A stretch of 59,273 nucleotides of DNA, taken from positions 1 to 59,273 of the forward strand of contig CAZQFO010000001.1 of the NCBI GenBank assembly GCA_964592695.1. The letters are read 5' to 3'. The stretch's first letter is position 1; every line of letters begins with the position of its first letter. The DNA is from an uncultured Candidatus Peribacteria bacterium. Its GTDB lineage: Bacteria > Patescibacteriota > Gracilibacteria > UBA4473. The translations under genes and the position numbers were made by a program. The notes under the pieces were generated by a model. The model did no database searches. It worked only from the letters and a program-made list of their open reading frames with translations, and was not told the DNA's origin. Of this stretch, positions 37,024 to 46,733 are shown in pieces.

Positions 37024-37058
37024 GAACCTATATTTACAGGTTCTGCGTTTTTTATTTT
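37024..37058. terminator. Terminator-like hairpin with U-tracts on both strands, 28 nt upstream of the 36995 start codon
   Basis: gaacct (37024-37029) pairs with aggttc (37038-37043) around an 8-nt loop. The plus-strand tail is tgcgttttttatttt and the minus-strand tail is atttttttgttttt. Confidence 0.45.
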
Positions 37059-37221
37059 CCTTTTTTATTGGTGCTCGGATTTTTAGTGAAATAAAATCTA
37101 TTGTCAATATTTTTTGCAACAACTTGCCCTGAATACCAAATCTTGTTTTTCCTGATTCTATATTAAAACGACCTAGTATATCCAGATTTTTCTGTTCTGT
37201 CGTGTATTTCAAAATATAATT

Positions 37222-37290
37222 GTAAGTACTCCAATACCGCACCATGAGAACAACAAGAAAATGCTGTAGATTGGCTCTATAAAAAAGATA
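37222..37290 (+). repeat. Partial or degenerate copy of the 49348-49568 MITE end
   Basis: 69 nt align without gaps to the reverse complement of 49492-49560, with 62 of 69 identical by my position-by-position count. Starts with the TIR-like gtaagtactccaat. Confidence 0.7.
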
Positions 37291-37550
37291 CACTTTTTGA
37301 TTAGATGTAGAAACACGCAAAAAGCAATGCAAATCTTGCCTTTTTAAGAAATTGTCAAAAAAAACTTGACAAATAATACTTAATTAAATACAAGAGTGTC
37401 GCAATAATTCTTAAAATATTAAATTTTAGGTCTGATTGCAAATCCCAAAAGGCCTTTGGTAAAACACAAAGTAAAAGAAGCAAATCATTGATTTTGCCTC
37501 TTTTTTTGTAGCTATTTTTCTACTTATTTAATTATTAACAAATTTTTCAC

Positions 37551-38072
37551 ATGAAAAAATTACTTACTATGGTACTTGCATCTGCACTTCTATTTACTAG
37601 TAGCACATTTGCTGTCGGTGCGGGAGGACAACCAGTAAATCCTCTGGATTCAAACCACTCTAGCTGGTTTGTATATGATCTCCAGCCTGGGGATACGACC
37701 CAGGACTCTATCCGTGTTATAAACAACTCTGCCACAGCAAAAGATCTTATGGTGTATCCTGTTGATTATGTTGCTGCTTCTGATGGCAGCTTCGCTATGG
37801 CATCTTATTATAGCACACAAACTGCTATGGGATCATGGGTAACGCTGGAAACAACTCGAATTCAACTAGCTCCAAATGAAAGCGTTATTATTCCGTTTTC
37901 ATTGGTCGTCCCCTCTGGAGTTAATCCAGAGGATATGAAAGGTGCAATTGCAGTTCAAGAAGTAACCGAAACATATAATCGACGTCGAAGACGATCTGTC
38001 ATCAGACTAACTACTCGAATGGGAGTACGAATCTACGCAAGCCAAGAAGCTCTTGCGAGCGATGGATTCTAA
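37551..38072 (+). CDS. Secreted DUF916-like (CscA/WxL-locus-associated type) surface protein, short form
   Basis: Signal peptide, then GGQPVNPLDSNHSSWFVYDLQPGDTTQDSIRVINNSATAKDLMVYPVDYVAASDGSFAM...WVTLETTRIQLAPNESVIIPFSLVVPSG..MKGAIAV. This follows the DUF916 pattern (P..p.nq...yF.l.l.PG....l.v.v.N.s...l.v.v). Confidence 0.55.
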   Translation: MKKLLTMVLASALLFTSSTFAVGAGGQPVNPLDSNHSSWFVYDLQPGDTTQDSIRVINNSATAKDLMVYPVDYVAASDGSFAMASYYSTQTAMGSWVTLETTRIQLAPNESVIIPFSLVVPSGVNPEDMKGAIAVQEVTETYNRRRRRSVIRLTTRMGVRIYASQEALASDGF

Positions 38073-38122
38073 AGAACTAAAATTGATAATTCCAGACTCG
38101 GAAGGGTTAAGAAACAGGAAAG

Positions 38123-38152
38123 ACAGAGGATTATACCCTCTGTTTTTCTTTT
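38123..38152 (+). terminator. Intrinsic terminator overlapping the 3' end of convergent serS
   Basis: acagagg (38123-38129) pairs with cctctgt (38137-38143), followed by ttttctttt. Confidence 0.6.
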
Positions 38153-39405
38153 GTAATTTTATTAAAACCACAAAAAGGAACCAATACTTCTGGAATATCC
38201 ACAGATCCATCAGTGTTTTGGAAATTCTCAAGAATCGCGATGAGTGGACGACTAGAAACCGCTGTTCCGTTTAATGTATGAGCAAAAACTAAGTCTCCAT
38301 TCTTTTTTCGAATTCGAGTATTGAGTCGTCGGGTTTGAAAATCTGTACAAATTGAAGCAGACGTCATCTCTCTATATTTATCTTGTCCTGGCAGCCAGGC
38401 CTCTAGATCATATTTTTTGATTGCTGAACTCCCTAAGTCACCACAACACACATCCACTAATTGATATGGTATTTTTAATTGTCGCAATAGATCCTCTTCT
38501 ATATTTCGAATTTCTTCATGCATACGTTCAGAATTCTCTGGTAAACAAAAAATCACCATTTCAATTTTTTCAAATTGATGCACTCGAAGAATTCCTTTCA
38601 TATCCTTTCCATACGTTCCAGCTTCTCTTCGAAAACAAGGTGAATAAGCACAGAATTTTTTTGGTAAATCATCCTCATCAAGAATTTCTCCAGCATAATA
38701 ACTTGTCATTGGGACTTCACTTGTTCCGATTAAATACAAATCGTCTTCTCCTGGATTGATAATATAGTTCTCGTCCTTATCTAAAAATCCCGTTCCATAA
38801 ATTGCTTCTTTTCTTGTCATAAAGGGAGGAATTGTTGGAGAATACCCTTTTTTATTCATTTCCAAAAATGCCCAGTTCATCAGAGCCATTTGCAGCAAGG
38901 CTAATTCTTCACGAAGAAAATAAAAGCGACTTCCTGATATTTTTGCACTTCTTTCTGTATCGAGAAGTCCTAAATCTTCCGCAATTTCCCAGTGTTCTTT
39001 TGGTTTGAAATCAAAATTCCGAATATTTCCCCATTTTTCAAGTACAACATTTTCTTTATCATCTTTTCCCTCTGGAGCATTTTCATGAGGTGGATTAGGA
39101 AGAGATTCTAAAATATCAGTTAGTTTTGAATCTGTTTCATCTAAAATTTTCTCTAAATCTTTTTTTTCTTCAGAAAGAACTTTCATTTCTGAAAGAATTT
39201 TTGTCTTTTCTTCTCCTGTCAAATTGGGAATCTGCTTAGAAACTTCATTTTGTTGCTGTCGAAGTGATTCCGTTTTTTGTAGCAGTCCTCGTTTTGCAAT
39301 ATCCAACTTCAAAACTTCATCTATCAATTGAGAATCAACTCCCTTTCGAGCCAGTTGGGCCTTGAAGGCATCTGGATTTTCGCGAACAGATGAAAGATTG
39401 AGCAT
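38131..39405 (-). CDS. serS: Serine--tRNA ligase
   Basis: N-terminal coiled-coil arm, then class II motifs GSRFYFL, TSEVPMTSYY, CFRREAGTYGKDMKGILRVHQFEKIEM, TLNGTAVSSRPLIAILEN. Confidence 0.95.
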   Translation of the reverse strand: MLNLSSVRENPDAFKAQLARKGVDSQLIDEVLKLDIAKRGLLQKTESLRQQQNEVSKQIPNLTGEEKTKILSEMKVLSEEKKDLEKILDETDSKLTDILESLPNPPHENAPEGKDDKENVVLEKWGNIRNFDFKPKEHWEIAEDLGLLDTERSAKISGSRFYFLREELALLQMALMNWAFLEMNKKGYSPTIPPFMTRKEAIYGTGFLDKDENYIINPGEDDLYLIGTSEVPMTSYYAGEILDEDDLPKKFCAYSPCFRREAGTYGKDMKGILRVHQFEKIEMVIFCLPENSERMHEEIRNIEEDLLRQLKIPYQLVDVCCGDLGSSAIKKYDLEAWLPGQDKYREMTSASICTDFQTRRLNTRIRKKNGDLVFAHTLNGTAVSSRPLIAILENFQNTDGSVDIPEVLVPFCGFNKITKEKQRV

Positions 39406-39532
39406 AAATATATTTTAGTTATGATGAGATTCTCTTGACTTCATAATTTTTTGCAAGCAAAAAACTAGTAAAAAGTCCTGCAAAATCAGTATAAAACAAC
39501 ATTCGCTCCTTACTATTTCCATCCAAAAGTAA

Positions 39533-41818
39533 TTACTCAGAAGGCATCCTAGAATCAATCACAGAGCTTAATTCCGTTCGACTAACCTTTTGTGATCCAA
39601 GCGAAATATCTTTTCTGCCTAGTTTCAATTTCACATTTGAGATCAGATCTGTAGCTGTTTCAAATATCATATCTAACGATATAGTATCCTGATAAAGCAC
39701 TTCTGTAAGTTTAAACTTTTTATGACCTAAGTCCAATATGGTAATATTTTCTCTTGAGACAAGGTACCCCTCAGCTCGAAATGCCTCCTGCACAAGAGAC
39801 TTTTGAAATATTGCTTTTTTTGTATTCTGAGGAATAAATTTCGTTTGAGTAGTAGTATTATTTTTTTGTAAATCGATACTGTATTGCTTTAAAAAAGATT
39901 TTAGGAATTGAACTTTCACAGTTCTTTTCGGCTCTTTATTGGCATTAAGTCCAAATGTAACAATTTTATTTCCAATCGTTAATTCTGTTATCGCCTGAGA
40001 TGAAATTAAAAAATCCCCTGAAGTAGTTCTGCCTAAAAATGTTCCATTTGAAAAATGGAGTTTATCTACGTCTTCTTTTAATATACTTAAGTCATCCGTA
40101 TTGATCCCACTTTCTGCAAGTTTGGACTTTAATTCACTATTGGAATCTATACGCCCTTTTTCTGTATCTTTGGAAACATCTCTCGTCTTTTTCCCTTGGT
40201 ATTGAAAATTACTAATCTGATCGCTTAATTTGTCTTGATAAGTTTTTTGCTTCTGCATAGCCTTTATATCGCTTGGTGTTAACCCAGAACTCCCTGCTAC
40301 TTTTATAAAATCTAATATTTCCATTTCTTCTTTGGTAAAAATAGTATTACTGTCGATATCAAGTTTGTGGTAAGTACCTACGAGAGTTTTTAAAATTTCA
40401 GAAATCTCAGAATTTTTACTGTTCAATATTTTCCTTATTAAATAAAGCAAATCCTGAGCGGTTTCTAATGAAATCGTTTCTGCCAATGTTGTATTTTTTT
40501 CGATAATAACGTTTTCTTTTTTTATTAACTCTGCATAAGTTTCAAAGATTTCTTTTGAATTAAATTGAGATTGTGCCATAAGCAGTTCCCCCAATAAACG
40601 TCTTCTTTTGGTTATCTCCCATAAATATTCTATGTTTTCTGGAATATTAATGATTGGAGTTCTTAGCCCACTAAGGACTTCCTTCGTTGTTTCATACATC
40701 TTGTTGGAAAGAGCTATTTCACTTTGAGTGTACTTGTTAATAAATATCTCAAAGTTATTTTCATTTTTACGAGTATTCCAAAATTCATAAAACACGAAAG
40801 CACTGTTACTTGGAGCAATTGTATTTAACCATGCCTTTTGTGCTCGAACAAAACGATACCAATCCCTTGCAACATGATTATCCTTATTCATTAATTGTTT
40901 CCATGCTGTTCCGTTATAATTAGTTTCAAAATCTTTTAAATACTTTTTGGCTTTGGCTACTTGATTATTTTTAACGGCATAATGAGCCTCTACAAATGGC
41001 TCAACCAAGGATTGAAATAGAATTTCTTCTTTTTTACTTTTTGGTAAAAACACCGCCGAAGTTCTTATGAATCGAACTATTTTCCCAATTAATTTATTGG
41101 GACGTACTACAAACCACGTTTCGGGAGCCATGGAGGCGAATTCTTCCATTTTCCCTATCCATTTATTGTGAGCGGAAACAGCTAAATCAAGCAAATTTTC
41201 AAAGTCTGAAGTTTTTGTTATAGCATCGAAATCCTTCAGAGAAAATTCTTTTTTTAATTGTGAGTAATTCATACTCCCGATTTCTTTATTTATGAGATTT
41301 TCTGAAATAGAAACTGTCATCCCCGCAGGAACAACAAAAGGCCTGGCTGCGCCTCTCCAATAAACATCAATAGAATGATTTGAGGCATATATAAGTGTTA
41401 CATCTCTACTTGATTCTTTTGCTATAAATACACTTGATTCTGGTGCGTTAATATAAAGCGGTCCGACCTTTAATTGTCCGACAACAGGAGAAAATATTGA
41501 ATCATAATTGCTTGAAAAATCCGAAGAACTAAAAAAATCCGAGCTAAACATAATCATTCCGTTTATTAACTCTCTGTTATTGTCTGAAAAATCTACCTCC
41601 GAACCTGGCATTAAAAAAACAAAATCCCCATCTTTTGTTACGAATTCTTTAGCTAGTTCACCCGAAGACAAACTCACTCTGTCATTCATAGGACGGGCTT
41701 TTTCTAGCGGGTCCATAGACTGAGACAAAAGATCAAATCTGTCTTTTTCTGTCGTATATAACGCAAAAAAAAGAAGAAAACTCACTCCTAACGCAAGTGC
41801 AAATTGATACAACTTCAT
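39533..41818 (-). CDS. Large membrane-anchored/secreted hypothetical protein (761 aa)
   Basis: One N-terminal hydrophobic segment. No motif recognised. Confidence 0.6.
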   Translation of the reverse strand: MKLYQFALALGVSFLLFFALYTTEKDRFDLLSQSMDPLEKARPMNDRVSLSSGELAKEFVTKDGDFVFLMPGSEVDFSDNNRELINGMIMFSSDFFSSSDFSSNYDSIFSPVVGQLKVGPLYINAPESSVFIAKESSRDVTLIYASNHSIDVYWRGAARPFVVPAGMTVSISENLINKEIGSMNYSQLKKEFSLKDFDAITKTSDFENLLDLAVSAHNKWIGKMEEFASMAPETWFVVRPNKLIGKIVRFIRTSAVFLPKSKKEEILFQSLVEPFVEAHYAVKNNQVAKAKKYLKDFETNYNGTAWKQLMNKDNHVARDWYRFVRAQKAWLNTIAPSNSAFVFYEFWNTRKNENNFEIFINKYTQSEIALSNKMYETTKEVLSGLRTPIINIPENIEYLWEITKRRRLLGELLMAQSQFNSKEIFETYAELIKKENVIIEKNTTLAETISLETAQDLLYLIRKILNSKNSEISEILKTLVGTYHKLDIDSNTIFTKEEMEILDFIKVAGSSGLTPSDIKAMQKQKTYQDKLSDQISNFQYQGKKTRDVSKDTEKGRIDSNSELKSKLAESGINTDDLSILKEDVDKLHFSNGTFLGRTTSGDFLISSQAITELTIGNKIVTFGLNANKEPKRTVKVQFLKSFLKQYSIDLQKNNTTTQTKFIPQNTKKAIFQKSLVQEAFRAEGYLVSRENITILDLGHKKFKLTEVLYQDTISLDMIFETATDLISNVKLKLGRKDISLGSQKVSRTELSSVIDSRMPSE

Positions 41819-41980
41819 TTTAATTTAATTTTATATTTTAATTTGAATAATATTTAGAAACTCTCCTAGATATCTATTGTATGAACTTTTTATTTTTTAT
41901 CAAACTTTCTTGACTTTTAATCTTTTTTTCTAAAAATCCAGGTTAGTAAAAATCTCATTACTTATTAACTTTTTAAAATC

Positions 41981-42481
41981 ATGGAATCAGAAATTGCAAC
42001 TAGCGTAAGTATTTCATCATCAGCCCTAGCGTCAATTGGTGCTATTTTGGCAAGTGTTTTTTCTGGAATAGGTTCTTCGATTGGAATGAGTATAGCGGGA
42101 ACAAAAGGATCTGGAGTAATAGCCGAAAAGCCTCATTTGTCCGGAAAAGTCACGATACTGTCCGCAATGCCTGGTTCACAAGCCATTTATGGATTAGTGG
42201 TAACCCTTCTTATCCTAAGGAAGATGGGGGCTTTTGACACGTCTTTGATTGAATTATCATCCGCTGATGGTTATGCACTGTTTGCAGCTGGTGGAGTTAT
42301 GGGCTTTGCCGGACTTTTTTCTGGCTGGTTTCAGGGGAAAGTTTCTGCCGGTGGAATGGGAGCTATTGCTAGAAACGACTCTGTTTTAGCTAAGGCCATT
42401 ACACTATCGGCGTTGGTTGAAACCACAGCCCTTTTTGGTCTTTTGGGTGCAGTACTAGTCATGCTTATGGTAGGAAAATAA
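41981..42481 (+). CDS. ntpK: V/A-type ATPase proteolipid subunit K (duplicated, 4-TM)
   Basis: Two hairpins, with PGSQAIYGLVV in the first and the carboxylate-bearing LSALVETTALFGLLGA in the second. Confidence 0.85.
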   Translation: MESEIATSVSISSSALASIGAILASVFSGIGSSIGMSIAGTKGSGVIAEKPHLSGKVTILSAMPGSQAIYGLVVTLLILRKMGAFDTSLIELSSADGYALFAAGGVMGFAGLFSGWFQGKVSAGGMGAIARNDSVLAKAITLSALVETTALFGLLGAVLVMLMVGK

Positions 42482-42591
42482 AATTGAATCATTTCGGTCC
42501 TGGTAAATTACATTTAAATACTTTTTAACAGAGGAGACAGCTCTCCGTTATTGGAGGCAGATGCGGTAATAAATTAATAATTGTTAAAGTT

Positions 42592-43149
42592 ATGTCATTA
42601 CAAGATATCCTTAAAAAAATAATCGATGATGCAAAAGCAGAAGCTGCTGTGATTTTGAAGGAATCAGAAAAAGAAAAAAGATCGGTAATAGCTAGTTTTA
42701 CAGAAAAAGAAAAAATAGAATTGGCAAAATTAAAGACAAAGGCCGATGGAGCTCGAAAGGTCATCGAATCAAAAACGCAATCAATGGCCAGGAGGCAAAA
42801 TGCAAAGACGCTTTTGGCTGCAAAACAACAAGTTATCAACGAAACCCTCCTCCTGTTTTTGCAGCATCTGGAATCTGCTAATGATGATCTTTATACGAAA
42901 TTGCTAGAAAAGTTATTTTCAGAAATACCGTCTCATTCAGGAAAAATTTTTGTACCAAGAGCAAGAAAAGATATTACAAAGAAACTAGCCCCAGACGGAA
43001 TGGAAATTCTTATAGAGGACAAGATCAAGGGGGGTTTTGTTTATCGTCATGGAAAGCAAGAAATTGACAATAGTTTCCATAACCTAATTTTTTTCGAATA
43101 TAAAGCTGAACTTTCTACTTATTTTTCAGAACAGCTTAAGTTGATATAA
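42592..43149 (+). CDS. ntpE: V/A-type ATPase subunit E
   Basis: MSLQDILKKIIDDAKAEAAVILKESEKEKRSVI.., a typical subunit E N-terminal helix. Operon position fits. Confidence 0.7.
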   Translation: MSLQDILKKIIDDAKAEAAVILKESEKEKRSVIASFTEKEKIELAKLKTKADGARKVIESKTQSMARRQNAKTLLAAKQQVINETLLLFLQHLESANDDLYTKLLEKLFSEIPSHSGKIFVPRARKDITKKLAPDGMEILIEDKIKGGFVYRHGKQEIDNSFHNLIFFEYKAELSTYFSEQLKLI

Positions 43150-43174
43150 TTTAGAACTTGAAAATAAATCCAGT

Positions 43175-44185
43175 ATGTCAGATCTATCATTTACCTGCGG
43201 CCAGGTTCGTGCATTGGAATCCAAGCTTTTGGATGTAAACCGCTTAGATAGAATGATTGGAGCAACTTCTCCAGAAGAAGCTTTTAGAGTTTTGGTAGAA
43301 CTTCAATATTCAGAATATTTTGATGACTCTACGTCAGTAAAAGATTTTGCAAGAATCATTGAACAGGGGTTACAAGAAACCAAACAGTTATTGATCAATG
43401 GGACACAAAACCACTTGGGATTAAGTATGCTATGGCAGAAGTTTGATCTGAATAACTTAAAGAGAGGATTAAAAATTAAACACAAAGAAAATGCAGAGAA
43501 ATTTGGGTCTTTTTCTGAAGAGAACGGATTTTCAACAAGAGGAGAGTTAGGATCTACCGAACTGGAGGCTATAATTTTTGAAAACAGATTCCCGGATAAC
43601 CTAGCAACAGAATATCAGACCGTTCTTTCTAATACAGAAACAATTCTTCAAAATCATGAAGGTGCGTTTCGATATGTTGAGTTTGCCTTAGATCTCGCTT
43701 ATTTCGAGATTGCCCAAAGGATCACGACAACCACTAAATGCAATTTTTTGAAAGAGGTCTATTTATTTGGAATTGATTCAACAAATTACAGAAATCTTGC
43801 AAGATCAATATTGATTGGGGAAGAAAAACTTCCACCTGAAGCTTGGGTTGATGGAGGGTGTTTTTTTTATGATGATATTGAAAAAATTGAAGAGTTTTTG
43901 GTGCTTAAAAAATATGCCCTTACAGCTAGATTTGGTGATTATATTCAGGCCTTGGAAGAAAATACTGAACCAGAGATAAACATGCTGCAAATTGAGCAAA
44001 CTATAAACAAGGCTTATTTTGATCTATTAAATAATTCTGTTTTGGGAGAAGTGACTGGAATATCTATTCCTTATGTTTATTTTGAAAAGAGATTACAAAA
44101 TGCACGAATGATAAAATTTGTAATGTATGCAAAATTTCATGGTCTCAGTCCCCAAAAAATTCTTGAAACCTTAAAACATTTTTAA
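43175..44185 (+). CDS. ntpC: V/A-type ATPase subunit C (V0 d-like)
   Basis: 336 aa; GQVRALESKLLDVNRLDRMIGATSPEEAFRVLVELQYSEYF. Size and position fit. Confidence 0.7.
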   Translation: MSDLSFTCGQVRALESKLLDVNRLDRMIGATSPEEAFRVLVELQYSEYFDDSTSVKDFARIIEQGLQETKQLLINGTQNHLGLSMLWQKFDLNNLKRGLKIKHKENAEKFGSFSEENGFSTRGELGSTELEAIIFENRFPDNLATEYQTVLSNTETILQNHEGAFRYVEFALDLAYFEIAQRITTTTKCNFLKEVYLFGIDSTNYRNLARSILIGEEKLPPEAWVDGGCFFYDDIEKIEEFLVLKKYALTARFGDYIQALEENTEPEINMLQIEQTINKAYFDLLNNSVLGEVTGISIPYVYFEKRLQNARMIKFVMYAKFHGLSPQKILETLKHF

Positions 44186-44191
44186 TTAAAC

Positions 44192-44551
44192 ATGGAAAAC
44201 AATTATAAATTAGCGGTGGTTGGAAATGAAAGTTCTGTCCTTATATTTAGGGCTATTGGAGTTGAAGTATATGGGATTTTTTCACATGAAGAAGCTCGTG
44301 AAAAAGTAGAAAAGTTAGCATTTTTAGTACATGCTGACGAACAAGAAACTCCCCAATATGCGATTTTGTTTGTAGAGGAGAACTATTACAAATCATTGCC
44401 AGAAGATTTTTTAGAAAAAATGACCAGGAGATCTTTGCCAGCAATTGTACCTATTCCGTCTCCCGATTCAAAAGATAAGAGTTTTGCAATGAAGAGGCTT
44501 TCTGGAATTGTAGAGAAAGCTGTAGGAAGTGATATTATGAGCAATAAATAA
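44192..44551 (+). CDS. ntpF: V/A-type ATPase subunit F
   Basis: KLAVVGNESSVLIFRAIGVEVYGI...ILFVEENYYKSLPE...LPAIVPIPS. Confidence 0.75.
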   Translation: MENNYKLAVVGNESSVLIFRAIGVEVYGIFSHEEAREKVEKLAFLVHADEQETPQYAILFVEENYYKSLPEDFLEKMTRRSLPAIVPIPSPDSKDKSFAMKRLSGIVEKAVGSDIMSNK

Positions 44552-44556
44552 TTGTA

Positions 44557-45021
44557 TTATAGGGGAGTTAATTTTTTTATTACATCATATGAGAATCCTT
44601 TTCCAATTAAGAATTGGATGAGTTTTTGTTGCACCTGATATTTATCCAAAGATTTAGATCGACGAATTATTTCGGATTCTTTTTTTTGGATTAAATAATG
44701 TACGATTTCAATTTGTTTTTCGTGAGGATAATATTGTTCGATCATTTCGTTTGCATAGTCTGAAGGAATCCCCTTTTTTATCAATTTCTGCAAAATTTTT
44801 TGTGGACCGGATTTTGTGATCAATACGGCATCATATATACAACTTTCACAATACCGTTCATCAGAAAGCCATTTATTGTCGATAAATTCTGTAATGAGTA
44901 CGTTGATATCTTCAAATTTATCAGGATATTTTTCCTGAAGTTTTTTAGTTAATTCTAAAACAGAATACTCGTGACGAGCCAAGCATTTGAATGCGAAATC
45001 ACGTAGTGAAATTTTATACAT
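44557..45021 (-). CDS. recX: Regulatory protein RecX
   Basis: 154 aa with RecX-like helical repeats (CLARHEYSVLELTKKLQEK..., WLSDERYCESCIYD, GPQKILQKLIKKGI). 8-nt overlap with gltX. Confidence 0.75.
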   Translation of the reverse strand: MYKISLRDFAFKCLARHEYSVLELTKKLQEKYPDKFEDINVLITEFIDNKWLSDERYCESCIYDAVLITKSGPQKILQKLIKKGIPSDYANEMIEQYYPHEKQIEIVHYLIQKKESEIIRRSKSLDKYQVQQKLIQFLIGKGFSYDVIKKLTPL

Positions 45022-46447
45022 TTTCTATAGCCCTCGTTATTCGAGATATTGTTTCGTTTTTTTCAATCACTTCTGCAATCTCAAATGGTCCTGAAGATTT
45101 TTCGCTATTTGATAATGCTACACGAAATGGCCACAAAAAGTGCCCATTTTTACATCCCAACCGTTTAATCACTTTGACCGCTTCTTCACGAATAAATGTT
45201 CGATTAAAATTTTTTTCCTCAATTTTTTCTAACATTGTTCGCACCTCAAAAAGCATGGTTTTAGCTAACACTGATGTAATCTGCATTTTTTCATGTGCAA
45301 GTTTGGTCACATCGATACCGGGATCTTTGATTAGGTACTCAAATTCTGTGGTGAATTCATCTAAAGTTTTTGCCTTTTCTTTTGCTTCGTTAAATGCTTT
45401 ACTATGAGTTAATTCTTTATAGTTAGCATCAGCATATTCATTGTAGTACTCAATCAATTTGGCAGTAGGAATTTTTCGCATCCATTGTGCATTGAACCAT
45501 TTCATTTTTTCATAATCGTATTTTGCAGCAGCTGGATTCACTTTTTTGAGATCAAAAACCGATTCAAGACTTTCCAATGAAAAAATTTCATCAGTTGTTT
45601 TCGGGTTCCACCCCAAAAATGCTAATCCATTTATAACTCCTGCAGGAATAAATCCTGCTTTTTGGAAGTCAGAAATCAGCACACACACATCAGGCTGCAC
45701 GTTTCGTTTAGATAGTTTTTTTCCTTTTTCATCTAAAACCAGCGGAATATGACCAAAAACAGGAACCGAAGTATCAATGCTTTTACATAATAAAATTTGT
45801 TTCGGAGTGTTTGATATATGGTCCTCTCCTCGAATAACATGTGATATTTCCTGCTGCATATCATCGAGTACATTTGCGAGGAGATAAAGGACCGATCCAT
45901 CACTTCTCGCGACAACGAAGTCTCCAATCGTGTTGGAATTAACTACCACTGTTCCTCGAATAAGATCTTCAAATGTTATTTCTTGATTTTTTGAAACTTT
46001 TAATCTCCAGACAAATGATTCCCCTGCATCCATTTTTGCTTTTAACTCGCTCCTTGATACATCTCGAAAAGGAGACCAAAACACAAAGTTCGTTCTTTCT
46101 TTTTGAGCTTTTTGTCGAAGTGCATCAAGCTCTTCTTTTGAGGTAAAACAGGGAAAAACTTTACCTGATTCCCAGAGCTTTTCCAATTGATTCGCATGAA
46201 AATCCATATTATTGGTTTGTCGATATATTTGAGTAGATTCTTTTTCGAAGTCCATTCCAAGCCATTTTAGTCCTTCCAAAATTTCTGTCTCGTATTTGGT
46301 TTCAGATCTTTCTTTATCGGTATCTTCCCAGCGAAACACTATTTTTCCATTATTTGCTTTTGCAAAGAGATAATTAAAAAGTGCTGTTCTGGCGGAGCCG
46401 AGGTGTAGATGCCCGGTAGGAGATGGTGGAAATCGAACTGTTGTCAT
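45014..46447 (-). CDS. gltX: Glutamate--tRNA ligase
   Basis: RFPPSPTGHLHLGSARTALFNYLFAK (HIGH), WEDTDKERS, RGEDHISNTPKQILL, KLSKR (KMSKS-type). Confidence 0.95.
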   Translation of the reverse strand: MTTVRFPPSPTGHLHLGSARTALFNYLFAKANNGKIVFRWEDTDKERSETKYETEILEGLKWLGMDFEKESTQIYRQTNNMDFHANQLEKLWESGKVFPCFTSKEELDALRQKAQKERTNFVFWSPFRDVSRSELKAKMDAGESFVWRLKVSKNQEITFEDLIRGTVVVNSNTIGDFVVARSDGSVLYLLANVLDDMQQEISHVIRGEDHISNTPKQILLCKSIDTSVPVFGHIPLVLDEKGKKLSKRNVQPDVCVLISDFQKAGFIPAGVINGLAFLGWNPKTTDEIFSLESLESVFDLKKVNPAAAKYDYEKMKWFNAQWMRKIPTAKLIEYYNEYADANYKELTHSKAFNEAKEKAKTLDEFTTEFEYLIKDPGIDVTKLAHEKMQITSVLAKTMLFEVRTMLEKIEEKNFNRTFIREEAVKVIKRLGCKNGHFLWPFRVALSNSEKSSGPFEIAEVIEKNETISRITRAIENV

Positions 46448-46733
46448 AGTGTGAATAACTTACTAAATATTCAGAAAAAAGCTACTTAATTACAAAAAGT
46501 GTTTACACAGGTTGGGTAATTCCTTTTTTCGTGTGCTGGGAAGTGTTGAGTATAAGAGAATGTCTTAAAAAATTTTAAAAAAAACACGTCATCCCAAATC
46601 TTCCCCCTTCCATCTGGCTCCATTAGAAAAGAAGAAATTGAAGCATTAAATGATTTGGAAGCTGAATTAGAAGCAGCTTTTTCTGATTAGGTTTAGTTTT
46701 TTAAATTAATCAATATAAATAATAATTAAAAAA

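Noticed and set aside
37244-37282. 12-codon ORF (MRTTRKCCRLAL) conserved with 49500-49538 (MKTTSKCCKLAL)
   Set aside because: Not called as a gene. There is no Shine-Dalgarno sequence, it lies immediately inside a MITE terminal repeat, and all three nucleotide differences within it are non-synonymous, so nothing indicates selection on a peptide. It is kept only as a note under the 69-nt block finding.
36952-37332. 126-aa minus-strand ORF spanning the 36995 start codon and the intergenic spacer
   Set aside because: It overlaps the signal-peptide region of the real gene, runs through the terminator-like hairpin and the MITE-end copy, and has no coding-like composition.
37352-37372. Palindrome ttgtcaa-N7-ttgacaa containing a TTGACA hexamer, considered as a promoter/operator for the 37551 gene
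   Set aside because: No acceptable -10 hexamer lies at 16-18 nt spacing, and a 7-bp palindrome in A/T-rich DNA is weak evidence on its own.
39406-39532. Possible T-box or riboswitch leaders upstream of serS, gltX, pheS and ribE
   Set aside because: The upstream spacers are short (about 50-290 nt) and AT-rich. I could not see specifier or T-box (AGGGUGGNACCGCG) or FMN-element motifs.
46556-46690. Open frame ending ..PLPSGSIRKEEIEALNDLEAELEAAFSD* upstream of 46734
   Set aside because: There is no ATG, GTG or TTG start until near its end. It may be a relic C-terminal fragment, but nothing recognisable supports a pseudogene call.
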